Source: Microbotryum violaceum
Lineage: Eukaryota
Assembly (NCBI GenBank): GCA_001244265.2
Contig: CDLV01000017.1
Span: 124,001-188,000 of the forward strand
Reading direction: 5' to 3'
Length of the DNA stretch: 64,000 bases
Shown: positions 24,265 to 37,861 of the stretch, piece after piece
How the letters are laid out: every line of letters begins with the position of its first letter
Position numbering within the stretch: the first letter of the stretch is position 1
Program-made: the position numbers and the translations under genes
Notes under the pieces: generated by a model
Database searches by the model: none
What the model saw: the letters and a program-made list of their open reading frames with translations, nothing else
Told to the model about the DNA's origin: nothing

Positions 24265-25211
24265 TCAATCCGTCCCTTCCAACGCCTCCTGAACGACCTT
24301 TTTTAACTCGTATGGCAGCGTCCCGACCAATTCCTCCGCTGCGACCTTTCTCCCCAGGGTGGACATTTTGGCCCAGGTTTTTGCGACGATGCCCACCATT
24401 TTGGAAGGGTCGTCGAGTTGGTCCGAGAATTGGACGAATTGCGTGGATAGGAACGTGAGGCAGATCGCATCTTCGAAGAGGTGCATTTCGGGATCTTGTA
24501 GAAAAGGTGGTGTGACTTTTCGTAAGCCAGGGACTGGATGAACTTGCATCAAGACATGCAACAGCTCTCACCTTTAAGAGGATATTTGAAAGGCGGTCTC
24601 GCCAACGTCTTCTTGAGCAACAACTCATCGACGCGTTTGATGAGCTCGGCATCGGAAGTCTCGGAATAGCCTGCTTGGAGCATGAGCTCACGTGCGACTT
24701 GGGAGTGAAATCTGTTGAGGTTCGTCTGGGAGGCGAGAGAGGGTGTAGAATTCGAGTTAGTCCTTGAATTTGTGAGGTGAAGTTTAGTGCAGCTCTAGCC
24801 CGAGCAACTACGGGCCGGGGTCGGTTCTACGCTCACGCGTTCAAGCCGCGGAGAGAACAGAGCAGCAATTGCCAGAAGCCAAGTCACGTGCCATCCACGG
24901 CCCACCCCACGCGTCCACGACCGCTCACCCCTCCCCCACCGCACCGCACTCACTCTCCACATCTTATACCCGGACAAACCCATTGGGTACTCATTCCTCG
25001 GCTTCTCCCACCTCCTGACATGTTGCGCATTCGCAGCAATCACGAGCGCTTCACTGGGTTCTTCGTTACCGGCGTCGCGGCAGAGGCGAGTGACGTAGGA
25101 GGAGAGAGTGGAATGGTAGGTGGAAGATTCTGAGCAGGGGTCGGTAGAATGGGCTTCGGAGAGGAGGGACAGGACTTTGGTGAGCCGAGCGGAGGTGGTG
25201 GGTGCGGGCAT
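24265..25211 (-). CDS. DUF4202-like conserved protein (3 exons)
   Basis: AHSTDP, AQHVRRWEKPRNEYPMGLSGYKMWR, DPEMHLFEDAICLTFL, IVAKTWAKMS. Confidence 0.8.
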
Positions 25212-25931
25212 GGTATAGGATGAGAGCGTGAGAGCTCGACGGAGCGGTGAGATACGGGGTCCAGTGCCGTTCGATTGGGGAAGGAATCGGGCAAGGGTGC
25301 AGCTGATGGCGAGTGAGCGGTTAAGTTGAAAAAAAGTGTGGCTTGCCCGGATCGTGTCGAGGTGTAGCGAGAGAGAGCAAGAGAGAGAGCAGAGCAGTTG
25401 AAAGCGGTAAAATGTTGACCGGCCTGGAAGAGCCCGTCGATCACCGTGATCTCGCTTATCGTCCATGAGCAAACGCCGACCCAAAACTCCCAGGTTCGAT
25501 CAGGCGATGCAGGCACCTCGCAATCCAATCATGCTCAATCCGATTAAGGGGCAGACGGGAACATTGCAGTTGCAGTTCAACACAAAGAAAGAGAGGATAC
25601 CAGGAGAGGAGGTCGAACAATGTCGAAAGCAAGAAGAGGGAGAGAAAGATTACCAGACTACATTGTGGGAATGGGATCTAAGGATGAACTAGGGGAGGCA
25701 GGAGGAAGTACGATGTGAACATGTGGTGAGGGTCAAAAAAAAGGGAGAAATGAGTGTCCAAGGGGCTTGGTCGTAGAATGGTGAAACAGAACAAAGCGAA
25801 ACTTGAAGTGTCTATCGAAAGAGAGAAATGCAAGGATGCCGTGCGTGAGGCGTGGAAAGGGGGAGAAGCGAGATCACCAAGACGAAAAGAAACTGCTTAT
25901 GAAGAAGACGAGGGAAGAAGAAAGTCGATGA

Positions 25932-28666
25932 TCAAGTCCTACGTCGAGGTACTACGGGAGGAGGTGTCCTCAGCGGCGACGCAACGTCGACGACGTCCCT
26001 CTTGGCTCGAGCATTCGGCGCGCCCGTGCAAGGCGTCGTCGGGGCCGTTGCTGAGACGCCCTCCCAAGGGTTGGGGTACGTGCAGCCCGGGATCTCGGTC
26101 ATAAAGCCAGCCGTGTCAGCGCTGTTGAACCATCCCGTACCAGCGGTTGTGACGGCCGAGTAACCGGGAGGGTACGTCGTCGGCGTCGAAACGGGCAGGG
26201 TGATGATTGAAGCCGTCGGCGTGTACTGCGGCAAGTTGGCAACTGTGTAGGCGCCCAGTTTGGTCGGAGGCCACTGGCTGTAGGTGCTGACCAGGGCCGG
26301 ATTTTGCTGCGTACCCGCACCGGCACCACCCGTCATCCAAGTCGCAAGCGTAGGAGCAGGATTGTTCGGCATCGGGACGGTGAAGCCATTGTCCTTGACG
26401 AGCGACGCGCACGCATCGCGCGTGTCTCGAGGGTTCCGCGGGATCCAGCCGTTGCGGTAACCGAGTTGGTAGTTCCACATCGGGTTTGCGATCTTGCCGA
26501 GCGTTTCCGAGTAGCCCGTCTTCCACGTCCAGAAGAACCAGTTGCGTAACGCGCTCATGTGACCCGTTGCGACCAGGTTCAAACCTTGCTTAATTGAAGA
26601 GTTCCAGCTCGCGTAGTCCTGTCAAAAGCACACGCAAATTATTATCAGCCCCAGTCCAGTACTGCAAAGACACACACGCACGAAGACTCACATTCCACGG
26701 GTCGCAGCTCCCAATCGAAGCGTATTGGGGCGTCGTCGCATCCGTGTTGGGGATGTAATACGTGCCGTCGTATCGGTTCCCGTTACCGACGTTGTTGAGC
26801 CACTTGCCGCAGTCGTTAATCGCCAGACTCCATTCTCCCGCGATGGCGAGACCAAAGTCCTTCGCCGTCTGGTTCATCTCGGAAGCCCAGTACGAGCACG
26901 GCTTGGCGGCTTGGTACGACAGGCCGTCGTTGTTCGGCGTGGCGAAGCACAAGTACGGGTGACGATCGAGCGCGACACGATCCGATCCGGGCATCCATCC
27001 GAGCCAGCCACCGTTGTCGGTCGTGTTGAGAACGAAAAAGGCGTCGTGGAAGGTGATGAATGGTCCGTTACCGGTGCCGAAGCCGGTGATGTTGCGCATC
27101 ATCGAGTACGTCTCGTAGTAGCTGTGGGTCACAAATAGCCTCAGAGACCCGAACTGAGTTCACAAGGGATTTAATGCAGCAAGCCACTCACAAGTGTCGA
27201 AGCGCATCGACGCCGATCGTGGTTCCGTAAGGCTCGTTAAGCACACTGAACATGGGCACGACGTTTTTATACTGGGGCTGGCTAATGAACTCGGTCAAGG
27301 TGCGAATGTAGTCGAGCGTACGTTGCGCGTTCGCGATACCCATGACGCCGTTCAAGAAATTGATCGAGCCTTGCTTGCCCGAGTGATTGTAACCGTTTTG
27401 CGAACCGGGGACAGCGTGCAGGTCGAGGTTGATGCGAATGCCGTACTTGCGCGCCCAGGCGATAGCCTTGAGGAAGTAAGTCCATCCGACATTGGCGAGG
27501 AACGGCTCACCATCCCACACTTCGATGATCCACCACGGAATCGGGATGCGCACCCAGTTGAGCCCCGCGCCCGCGACCTCGGCAAAGTCCTTCTCGGTAA
27601 TGAACGTCTCGTAGTGGTTCGTGATGACTGAAGTGAGGTTCGAGCCGAGCGCTTGGGACAGGTGCCATTCGTCGATGGCGTTGTTGGTCGCGTTGGGCAA
27701 GTTGCTGGGCGAGTTAAAAGGCTCGAACAAGGAAGGAGCAATGAAGGGCTCAATTGTTAACCAACCACCGAAATTGACGCCATAGATAGGGTCGACCGAG
27801 TAGTCCCACTCCTTGTTGAGAGGCGGGACAGAGTCCTGGGCTTGGGCCGTATCGTTAAACGGGATCGACACCCAGAAACCGCCGAACGAGTTGTTGTACG
27901 TGAACGACGAGCCGTCCTCGGTATACACGATTGAACCGTCGCCTCCGTAGGCCGCCGTCTTCCAGTCCTTTGATCCGCTCGCGCCCGTCGGGATCCCTTT
28001 GGCTGCCGTCGCCGAAGTGGTGTGCGTGCCCTTGCCCGTCGTTCCTGACGAGCCCGATGCAGCATCCGACTTTTCGTTTTTGTGCTTGATGATCGCAGTC
28101 GGGATCGCGACGGCAAAGATGATGATGAGCAGAATGACGAGAGCGAGCAAAAGCAAGAACTTTCGACCTCGACCCGATAGCCTGCCCCAAAATCCGACCT
28201 TGCCGTCCTTGGCAAGCTTGCGGCCCCCAGCAACATTTGACGCCCCTCTACGTTTGCTCTTGTCGCTCATCTCGTGGTCTTCGTACTTGTCGTACACGCC
28301 CATACCACTCGGTGACCGCGGGTCGAGACCACGCTGCGACTGACCGTCCCCGCCCAGCGAATAGGTCGATCCGGTGCGAGCGTCGTAACGAGCGTAAGGG
28401 TCGTGGTGGTCACCAACCGAAGTGGAGCTCTGACTCCGTACGGGGAACTGTCCGTCGTCTTGAAATATGGGGGGCGTGGCGAGAGGGTCATGGCGCGGAC
28501 TCGGCGAGGCGAGATCGTCGTAAGGGGTCGAGTACGAGTGGTGCATCATCGCCTCGTGATTGGTGGGCACGGCGGCGTAGACATCGGCAGACGAGCGCTG
28601 AGGGTTCGTGGCACCGTACGCATCCTCGTAATAGGTATGTTGGTCGCGGCGGGGTGGGTACGACAT
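25932..28666 (-). CDS. Type II membrane GH5 exo-beta-1,3-glucanase (ExgD-like)
   Basis: TM helix LLLLALVILLIIIFAVAIPTAII; GVNFGGWLTIEPFI, AGLNWVRIPIPWW, DLHAVPGSQNGYNHSG, catalytic NEP and AGEWS, WFFWTWK. Confidence 0.93.
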
Positions 28667-30873
28667 GGTTGAGGGTCGGGTCTGACTAGACTTGAACGAA
28701 TGGCAGTTGACGGCAGCAGCTGGTCCTGCACGTTTGAACAAAGAGGCACGGGGCCGATCAATTCACGAGCTCAGGGTCCGTGAACAACGAGAACCTGTAA
28801 AGCACATCGCTCCATGGAAAGCAAATCGAAGGAACGCCCGGAGACGAGGCGCTGATCGTCAAAGATTCGCAGCGAACGTTGGCATTTCTGCCTGAGAGGA
28901 GACGATGGCCGTGCGCGCTGTGACCACGAGCGGAAAGGAGACAGTGCGTCGAGCGGCCGCAAGTCCGACAACCGGGGAGATCGACGATAGTCCGCTACTT
29001 GCGATCTATGGAGATTGGTCTTGAGGTTTGGTGTACAACCAAGTCTCGTGGCGTGACCGTCGTAGCGATCCTAATGAACCGCAACGACCGCCCGCCAAAC
29101 GCCTTTAGTTGCACAGCACGTCGACGTGCCCAGCTCGTCGCAGTCGCCTCCGACCCCGATCACGAGGGCACAACCGGGTCGAGCATGGTCCAGTAAATGA
29201 TGATGTGACTCGATGAGGGACAATATAGAACGTTTCGTGGTAGTGAGGAACATTGATGAGTCCCTCCGACGGCATCTGCCGAAGCTCAGCATCACAAACC
29301 ACAGGCAGGCGCCACACGACGATTCTGAGTAGCACCAGGCCCGAGGGTCGCCGAAGCGCGAACGAGCGTGGTGCGACCGAACAGCCGCACACATGGAGCA
29401 ACCCCCGAAAGGAGATGATAGATTCCTTGGCCAACATTGCGCCTCGGGGCAGCCATGGACACTTGCTGTAAAGCTCATAGCTGAGAGATGTAGTTGTGGT
29501 TGAGTACTGACCTTTTGGTGTGGCGGTGGTGTAGGGGCTTCGTCAACACGCGCAGATTCCAAATCAGACGACGCCGGCGCGGTCGAGATCGGTCGTTCGG
29601 TCGTACGGGGAGAGACGCGTGCGAAGTGCTGGGGCAGGCAGGCGCGAGAGCAAGCTGACCGACGCGGGACGACAGACAAGCACAGCAACCGACGGCGGGT
29701 TCGAGTGAGCGAGACCAGACGAGGCTGCGAAGGGGAGAACAACGCAACAAAAGCCACAAGAGCGAATCAAAGTTGAAAAGCGAAGCTAAGTTATTTGGGT
29801 CGTGAGCTGGCAACGACGTGGGATGCGAATGTGGACCGGAAATGAGATTGGGAGAGGGAGCAGCGGGGGCAGCGGGCAGCAAACCGGGTGGTGAGTAAGA
29901 GCAGGCAAGAGCCGCCGCAGGCCGCCGCAAGTCCGCCGCTTCCACGCAACGACGTCGTTGGCTGCCAGGCAGTGCCAGGCCTTATTATGCATCGACGCGC
30001 TGCTGCCACCGGGTGGCGCACGCAGCAAGTTGCCGTCGACTTGTGGAGGGCTGTGCCGGCGCGCAACGCTAAAATTAAAAGTATACGTAGAAAATGCCCC
30101 AAATCCTGTCACAATCGTGAAAGCGACGACTCGGTTGAAAAACTCGACCACTGCAGCATTTTTGTTACTGTCTGAAAGCTCGAGATTTTCACTATTAGGT
30201 CGTACTGCCCTGCATCTACCGCGTAAACACCCGGCACCGTCTCAAAAAGACCGAGGCGGACCTCAATCTCGGCAAATGTGAAGCCAACAAAATGTGCGCC
30301 GGGGGCTTGCGCCGATTGTAAGGCCGAGTGTATTTAAAGGGGCGAAACCTGCCGCATCGCATGCAACAAACAAAAACTGTCTCGAACTGGAACTCCTTTG
30401 AATGGCATCCTTTCGTGCTCAGCATTCGCTCCTCTTTTGAGCCCGATGATCGTACGTGCCTATCGATCGGCACCGGAAGTAACGGCATCGGTGCCATCAC
30501 CCCGCCGCTTGGTTCCGTGTCACCAAAAATGGCCGCCGACGACGTCGATGGGACCCTCTGACTTGTAAAAGCCAGGGAGTCATGACGTCGTCACATCGCC
30601 TTTAGGGACTGTGTTCTCCCTTCGCTGGCTACGGAAGGAGGTAGCGGTCATTCACCACTCAGCTTCCCCTGTCTCAGCTCTCGGTCAAGTTTGCGCAATT
30701 TCGCCAATCGGATTTCCACAGACCGAGTCACGTGAGCCTCACCAGCGCTCGCCCAGACTGCACAAAAGAGGGCGTTCATGATGTGCCATTCCAACTGGTC
30801 CAAACCCAACAAAGACCAAGCACAAGGAACAAAGCCACTGGCTCCCATCCACCCAAGCAAAGCCCCTCTCCAC

Positions 30874-33248
30874 CTACTCCCTCTGAATCAACGCTGTCAC
30901 CCCTCTCGCGATAACGACCATCGAATAGGGCAACAACCCGCCAAACACCATCACATCTTGCCAGATCCTCCTCCCGCTCAAGCGTCGCTGTACTTGTTGT
31001 TCCTTTCGTACTAGGAGGGTATCAGCTGTGAAGGAGGGGGAGGAAGGGTCCGAGACGAAGATGGAGCGAGGGCGACGGAGGTGAAAGAGCGCGATGAAGA
31101 AGAGGCCTGAGGAAAGGGAGTCGTCAGCTAGGCTGCTCATCTTCCACCCCTGATCGGAGAGCAAAAGTTTACCAGGTGCAAGGAAGCTCCCCACCGCGGA
31201 CATTGAGACCCCCGCAATCTCCGCGACGCTGACCGCTCCCTCCCCGGTATCACCCCAAGAGCACACCATCGTCCCAAAGAAAACGACAATGACCCATACC
31301 CCAATCCTCGAGATCGCCCTCGGCCACGAAGTCGGCCTAGCTCCACCGAACAATCCACCCGACCGAGCGCCGGATTCATCCTCGTCGTCATCGTAGTGCA
31401 AAGACGCATAGTTCCCATCCCCTGCTCGATAACTGCTCCTCCTCCTCGCTCGACTATTGGCCGCCACTTCCTCACGCACGTTTGACCGTTTGCCCACAAC
31501 GGCTTCGACGACTTTGCCTGCTCTCGAATACGCTCCAGCGAGGGAATCTTCAACCTGCGCGGCGATAGCCATCACGACCAACCATCTCACGACGTCGAGC
31601 CATGGATCACCCCGTGGTAACGAAGCGTTGCGCAAGACGTTGCCTTCCCTTCCACCATTCTCGACGCCCAAATAGCCGACCAAGGCCCATCCAAGTTGGA
31701 CGATTGTCGCTCCACCGACGCCTAGAGCGCAAGCCAAAGGCCATTGGTTTCGTCGGCCTTCGACGGGACCGTTTGGCGATGAACGGGATGTGGAGGCGAT
31801 GCTGCCCGAGGATCGACGAGCGGCGGTCGAGGAAGGCCGCGCCAGAGAGGTGAGGAACAAGAAGGTGTCCTGCTGGCACGTCAGAGAGTAGACGACCAAG
31901 GCGATACCTGTAATTTCTAGACTTTGTCAGTTACAACTCACAGGAACGAGCAGCGGCATAATATCCGACTCACCTCCCCAGATTGAGTAGCCCATGGCCT
32001 CCCCTGCGGCACCCTTTTTGCCTCGACCAGGCGGAGTCGGTAATGGGAAAGTCAAGCCTCGGCCTTCTATTGGTGGGAGGGGAAAGAATGCCGCTTCTGC
32101 ATTGAGCTTCTTCAGCCGGACGCCGAGAACAAGGAGGGCGAGTGGCCACAGCAGGAGGGCAATGTAGGCGGGCTTTGGGGCAAGAGTAGTCGTAGTCAAT
32201 GACCTAGGCCGCGATTGAGCAAGACGTCACACTCACAAGTTGCAGCAAGGCTCGGAATGCTGGGTGCGCTCGGTTTTGCGATTGTTGCATCTGCTTGCGC
32301 ACCAGTGGGATCACAACCAGCGGAAGCACGGTCTGTTGTAAACGGTTATATCTGGTGATCAGCGACTATCCCGAGGTGACGCACGGGAAGACTCTACTCG
32401 AACTCACCCAAACGACGCCCATCACACAAACAACGATAATACGCTGCCACCACAAATTGCCCTTCTTCTCGGGGAACAGCAAGTCAACCATGATCTCGCT
32501 CATCGCAACGACGCTGAGCACGGCGCGCACAGCCGAACCGACAAAAACCGCGAACGAGGCCAACACTTCGCAGAATTTATGTATCCGAGCTCGGTGAGGG
32601 AAAACGGCTGCTGCGAGGGAGATCCATGACCTGCACTCCCAGATACGCCTCGTATTAGCGACATATTCAAGTAATTCTGACTTCCCATGCACGCACCTGG
32701 ATCCGACGTAGCGAGCTTCGACTCCGGTCACGACGTAGGAGAACCAACTCAGCCCCGCCGTCAAGAAGAGTACAGGCAGGAAGAGCCCGATCCCCAACAA
32801 TGCCACCGCATGAGGCATCAACAAGGGCGTCGGACTCAGTCTGTACGATTGGATGTTTCCTTGATCAGCAACTGAAGCGGCGCCTCCTGCCCGGATCAAA
32901 TCAGAGCGTTCGAGCCTTACGTGCTGGCCAAGATCATCCCCGCGACTTCACCCGGACCCAAACTCCCTCCCTTGAGGGCATCCCCATGTCTCCCTCCACC
33001 ATATACCCTTCTGTTTTTCCTCCGATGAAGCCCCGGACCATCCGTCTCATTCCCATCCTCCTCCCACTCCGATTCGGTCGCCCAAGACGGCCTCATCGAA
33101 GCAGGGTCGGTCGTTCTTGGGGTGGTGATGATTTCTTCGTCTTCCGGATCGAGTTCGTCCTCGGTCAAAAAGGCGAGTTCCTCCTCCCTTCCATCGGATT
33201 GTTTCCATCTCAAAGGAACGGCAGCTCCTTCTAGACCCTCATCGTCAT

Positions 33249-33279
<31 letters not shown>

Positions 33280-33480
33280 AATCTCGTCGCCCTCCTTCCC
33301 CGTCGAATGACCGATATCAACTACCGTCGAATCATCCCTGCCCTTTCCGTTCCCATTCAATTTGTTCGAAGTCGAAGCATGTACATAAAAAGGATCAATC
33401 GTCGTATGATGCCTCTCCTCCTCGTCCCGAGTTGGAAGCGGCGGTGTCGGACTCGGTGTGATCCCGCCTGTAGGAGTCAT
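30874..33480 (-). CDS. Amino-acid transporter-like membrane protein (Aa_trans/AAAP-like), multi-exon
   Basis: Acidic cytosolic N-terminus, then many hydrophobic segments (LSPTPLLMPHAVALLGIGLFLPVLFL, GIALVVYSL, YLGV..GN, LLPYSMVVIARGV). Confidence 0.7.
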
Positions 33481-33880
33481 GGGCACGTTTTCCTCAAACG
33501 ATTCACGAGAGCCTGTAGTGGAGACGGTGCTGTAGGAGGAGGAGGAGGAGCGGTGCTGTGGGATGGGATGGGAAGAGGGCGGAGCCTGGGTCAGTGGGTT
33601 GCTGAGGAGTCAGGTGATCGTCACCCGCATCGGGGAGCGGGCTGGAGCGGGGCCAATCTATTCCTAGCAGCCGTGGTTGAGTCAATATGAGCTCACTTTC
33701 ATCGCATGACCGATCCAACAGATGTCACGATGGCACCGATACAAGTCACGTGGGATGGTGGCGACGGTGACAATGGGGCGGAAAGGGTGGGGGGTCTACA
33801 GGAGGTGCGAAGGCCCCAGTTGCAGCAAGGTATGGTGGCAGATGGTGGCCGGGGTCGACTCGGTTGATCAAGTTGGGCTG

Positions 33881-34010
33881 GGGCAGCCCAAGTGATCGAC
33901 GCGCTTTTCAAACTGGGGAAGCCGATCTAAGCCGACGACGCCACTACGTACTGGGAATTGGATCCGGCAGCCTGGCGTATAACGCGTGTGGCTGCGGCAG
34001 AAATCCTCGC
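33881..34010 (+). repeat. Direct repeat, left copy (partner 44521-44641)
   Basis: 33881-33945 is identical to 44521-44585; followed by a 7-nt indel and ~55 bp of diverged similarity. Confidence 0.95.
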
Positions 34011-34198
34011 TTCGTATGTACCGTGTGTTATTGAGTCTTCATAGCCTTAATTCGTGGCCTTGCTCGACTGCCTTTGAACGCGGCCCGCCCACGACTGATC
34101 CAGTGGTCGCACTGACACTTCTGACAGACTCGAGAGCGGGGCCGAGCCTCCGATATGGGATTCACTGCAGTGAGGCCAAGGGTCCGCACGTCCGCATT

Positions 34199-34269
34199 AG
34201 ATCTGATCTGATCTGATCTGATCTGATCTGACGGGGGTCAGATCAAGTTCAGATCAATCAAGCCTCGAG
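34199..34269. repeat. (GATCT)6 array with inverted copies, possible transposon-end remnant
   Basis: agatctgatctgatctgatctgatctgatctgac-ggggg-tcagatcaagttcagatcaatcaagcctcgag. Confidence 0.7.
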
Positions 34270-34804
34270 AAAAAAAAAACCAAAAGTTAGGCGGTACCTA
34301 GATGGTGCCATTGTGATTTCAACTGCGGCGCACCTGATCAGAAGAGAGGATGGATCGCGCCATCTCATTGCTAGCACTTTCTCATAGGAATCATGCGACC
34401 CAATCCAGTCGTAGAAGCGGGGAGCTCCTCCAAAAAGCGGCGGCTTAGCAAGGTGATCACTTTGGAGGATGATGAGGATGAGGATGAGGATGTACCGTTG
34501 GCGGCAGTGCAGTGACAACGCAGGTCACATCACAATGACATACTTCGAATGCGCTCTCATTGCAGAGGAAATCACACGATTCGATATAGGGTCGACAGTA
34601 CGCCAAAATAATGGGATTTCAAGGGAGAGAAGAGCCGCTGCATAAGCAGGCGAAACGTGATGGGAGCTGGGCGTAGCAATGGACTAGCAATGGACGCCAG
34701 CTTCGCGCCGAGTCCTTCAAGACGAAAAGAGTGAAAGGAACCTCGGCCCGAAGCGGTCGAAATCGGTAATGGTCACGAGCGGGACACCTAGATGGGGACG
34801 TATA

Positions 34805-35820
34805 TTAACCTTGGGCTTTAAGGCTACGGCGATGGTGTATACGGCTACGGTGATGTGGTTGACTTTCGGCTCGAGCCTGGTGACTGTGGTCGGAATGATG
34901 ACCGGCCGGATTCGCCGCCTGACCGGGATTGATGCCACGGAGCATTTCATCCCCACGAGGGAAGATTCGGTATTCTTTGATTCCTTGAAACGCCTCCCAG
35001 GTGACGTCAACTGGAGTGTCACTAGCATTGTAGGACGAAGGCTCCCCGGCAGTGGGCGATATGCGATAACCGCATGTCGCGTAGAAGGCGGGCAACACCG
35101 ACAGGTCCGGGCGACAGCTGCCGACGGTTCACGGGACCCAACGGTGGAAGGGAGTCAGTCAACCCTGAAGCCAAGCTTTTGTGTATCAATGAAACCTGAC
35201 CCACTCAAGATGATGGTGAGCGAAGTGCGCACCGTCGGGTCTGACCTCCTGGATTGGCTTCACGTATTTGTCGCAGGCCTCGTACAAGCGCTTACACGCG
35301 TCGAAAATGGTATGGCTGTGGTTGAATGACGCTGAGCGTAGCGAACGATAAACAAAGGGGTAGTAAGTACACTTTATGATGGTAAGCTCCTTCAAGGTAG
35401 GTCCCAATACGCTGGGGATACGCGACTTGGACACTCGCCACTAGCCCCTAGCTCGGATCGCCTCGAAGAGGCCTGTGTGGCACTAATAGCGAGACACGTA
35501 CCGGTGTTCCTGATCCTCAAGAGGTAAGCAGTGTTGGGTACAAGCTCTAAAAACAAAGTGAAAGGTGCAGTGCGTTTACTTGGTGCGTGGGCCAGGTTCA
35601 CGCGCTTTGCTGACGCCCGGCTGCCCGGCGACCGCAGCCAGCGAGCTACGAGAGCGCAATGCTAGTGTCGCGCGAGGCTCCTACGAAGGGAAGCCGCCGT
35701 GCAAGTCGTGACAGAGGCAGTAGGTTACTTGTACTTACGACCTTCACCGTGACTATATTTGAAGCCCAGAACACCTTCTGAGACTACGAACACAAAGGCG
35801 AGGAAAGCAAGGATGCGCAT
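34805..35820 (-). CDS. Small secreted Cys-containing protein with His-rich tail (paralog A), 4 exons
   Basis: Signal MRILAFLAFVFVVSEGVLG; exons give QLVPNTAYLLRIRNT / ASFNHSHTIFDACKRLYEACDKYVKP / DCRPDLSVLPAFYATC..DVTWEAFQG..IFPRGDEMLR..HHSDHSH..; TAA at 34805-34807. Confidence 0.75.
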
Positions 35821-36969
35821 CTTGAGATTCGGGGGTGCCGTGGGGGAAGGGGTAAAGGATGCAGAGATGGTAGAAAGCGGAAAGCAGGCAGTTGAAGTGT
35901 CTTGTGTCTTGAACTCGTGGGGAGCTTGGGCCCACCAAGGGCGACTCTGGGCCACTTGGGCAGACTTGAACAGATTTCAAGTGGGCTATTACAGGTTTCA
36001 CGTACATACTTGTATCCGGCTCCACTCTAGCTCCAAAGACGCGGACAGTGAGACACGGGGAAATAGCGAGACCCAAGCCGCCACGCGTCACGAACTACGG
36101 AAACTTGAAGATGAGTGGCACGGCGATAGGTAGGTATCTAACGACAGTTTTTGCTGCAATTACTCTAACTAGTAAAGAAAAAGTATGAGTTAAGGAATGT
36201 ACCTATAATCACTGTTTTTAACTAGGTTGCGGCCGCCTGTGGTGGATTAGGGCCAGTATCGCTTGTCCCACCCTGTCCAACCCACGTGGGCTGAGGGGCC
36301 AGTGTAAGGTATGCGCCTCTGATTACCCTTTAATTACCTACATACCTACACATGAGGGGGAAGCCGGCTGATAATGGTCCCATATTCGGTTAGCCGGGTT
36401 TCGGCCAGATTCAGTCGTTGGTTATGCGCGTGCAAGGCCGCTCGGGCCTCACACTGTCCCACTGCAGTGTCTCCTGACACAAAATAACTCGCACGCTCGC
36501 TGAAGCCACAAGGTCAGCTGGGCACCCCTCTAATAAGGACCCTCGTGTCATATTACGCGCCGCGTGACTCACGTCTATGTATTGTACGAGTCACGAGCGC
36601 TCAGTGGCGTGGCAGCGTGGCAGCGGCTACCTCAGGCGGACCCGGGAAAGCTCAGACCAATGTGCGTCTCGGAGATTTGTACTTTTCGGGCTCATCTATG
36701 CCTTGTGATATGCTACATGACGTGGTTTTCATGGTAGAGTAACTTTTTCAACACAACCCAATAATCTGGTTTTACACCGGAATACATACACCCCTTATAT
36801 AGGAGAATTCGGTGTACAAATCGGCCTAAAAACGGGGTTTTTCGAGACGCACCTTCGGCTGAGCTTTCCCGGGTCCTACCTCAGGGGTCCCACCCTGTCT
36901 CAGGTGCAAAACCGAGAGCGCCGAGCCGCCAGCTCCTCTCCTCACCTTCCTCCCATACTCCCTCGCAAG

Positions 36970-37861
36970 ATGCTTACTCTGCCGCTGCTCGTGGCCAGCC
37001 TAGGCTTCTGTCACTCCGTCGTTGGGTCTCGCCACAAGAACCAGGATGCTCATCAGGTACAGGGGTCCACTGGGAAGGAACCTTGTAAGTGACGGGTGAC
37101 ACTATCAGTATAGCAGCGCATTCGCTGCGGCCGGAATTCTTCGACCGCTCAGGCACATAGTATACACTTCATAGTAATCGACGCCGACAAGATGTACCTC
37201 ATCAGGGTGAACCCTCAGAGTAAGTCTCTAGACACCGCATCGAGTTCGCGCGGAGCCCACCGCTGTCCAGGCCAGAAGCCAAGTTCCACCTCGGGATCTT
37301 CCTCACGCTTACAATTTCAATGAGGAAATTGCAGTCACGGGGCTCCAGTCGGCTTGTACATTTTTGAGCGATCGATGCGAGAAGTATGTCAAACGCGGAC
37401 CCAACGTCAAGCAGCTTGATGTCAGGTAGGTGTCGCAGCTCCGAATTCGTATACGTTCTCGGTATCACTCAAGGTACTAACGACTTACTCTGATTTTATT
37501 AAGCTGCTCTTCCGCTGGACAAGCCGTCACTTCCACCTCACCGTACCTCTGGGCATCGTGCTTTGAGACTGGTACCAACGAGAAAGACGGGCGCGCTCGT
37601 GATGTCTCGTTCAACGCCTTTGCCGGTTCGGACCACGCGATCGTCTTCCTGCGCGGCGACGAGGTATTCCGCGAGGTTGAAATTGATGAAGATCTCTTGA
37701 AGACCGAGTCCAAAAAATGGAAGCCGACCGTAAATCATCAACCTCAAAATAGATCCCCCCGCCAAGCGGGACATCGTCAGATCAATCACGAAACCACCGG
37801 ACCCAAAACCCATTCTGGCCACAATGGTGATCGCCCCAAGCGTCACAAACAGGAGACGTAG
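36970..37861 (+). CDS. Small secreted Cys-containing protein with His/basic tail (paralog B), 4 exons
   Basis: Signal MLTLPLLVASLGFCHSVVG; exons give LIDADKMYLIRVNPQ / ITGLQSACTFLSDRCEKYVKR / SCSS..PYLWASC..DVSFNAFAG..VFLRGDEVFR..HSGHNGD; TAG at 37859-37861. Confidence 0.75.

Noticed and set aside
28700-30800. Several 100-230 aa ORFs upstream of the GH5 gene
   Set aside because: No codon or motif signal; more likely long 5' leader, intron and promoter sequence
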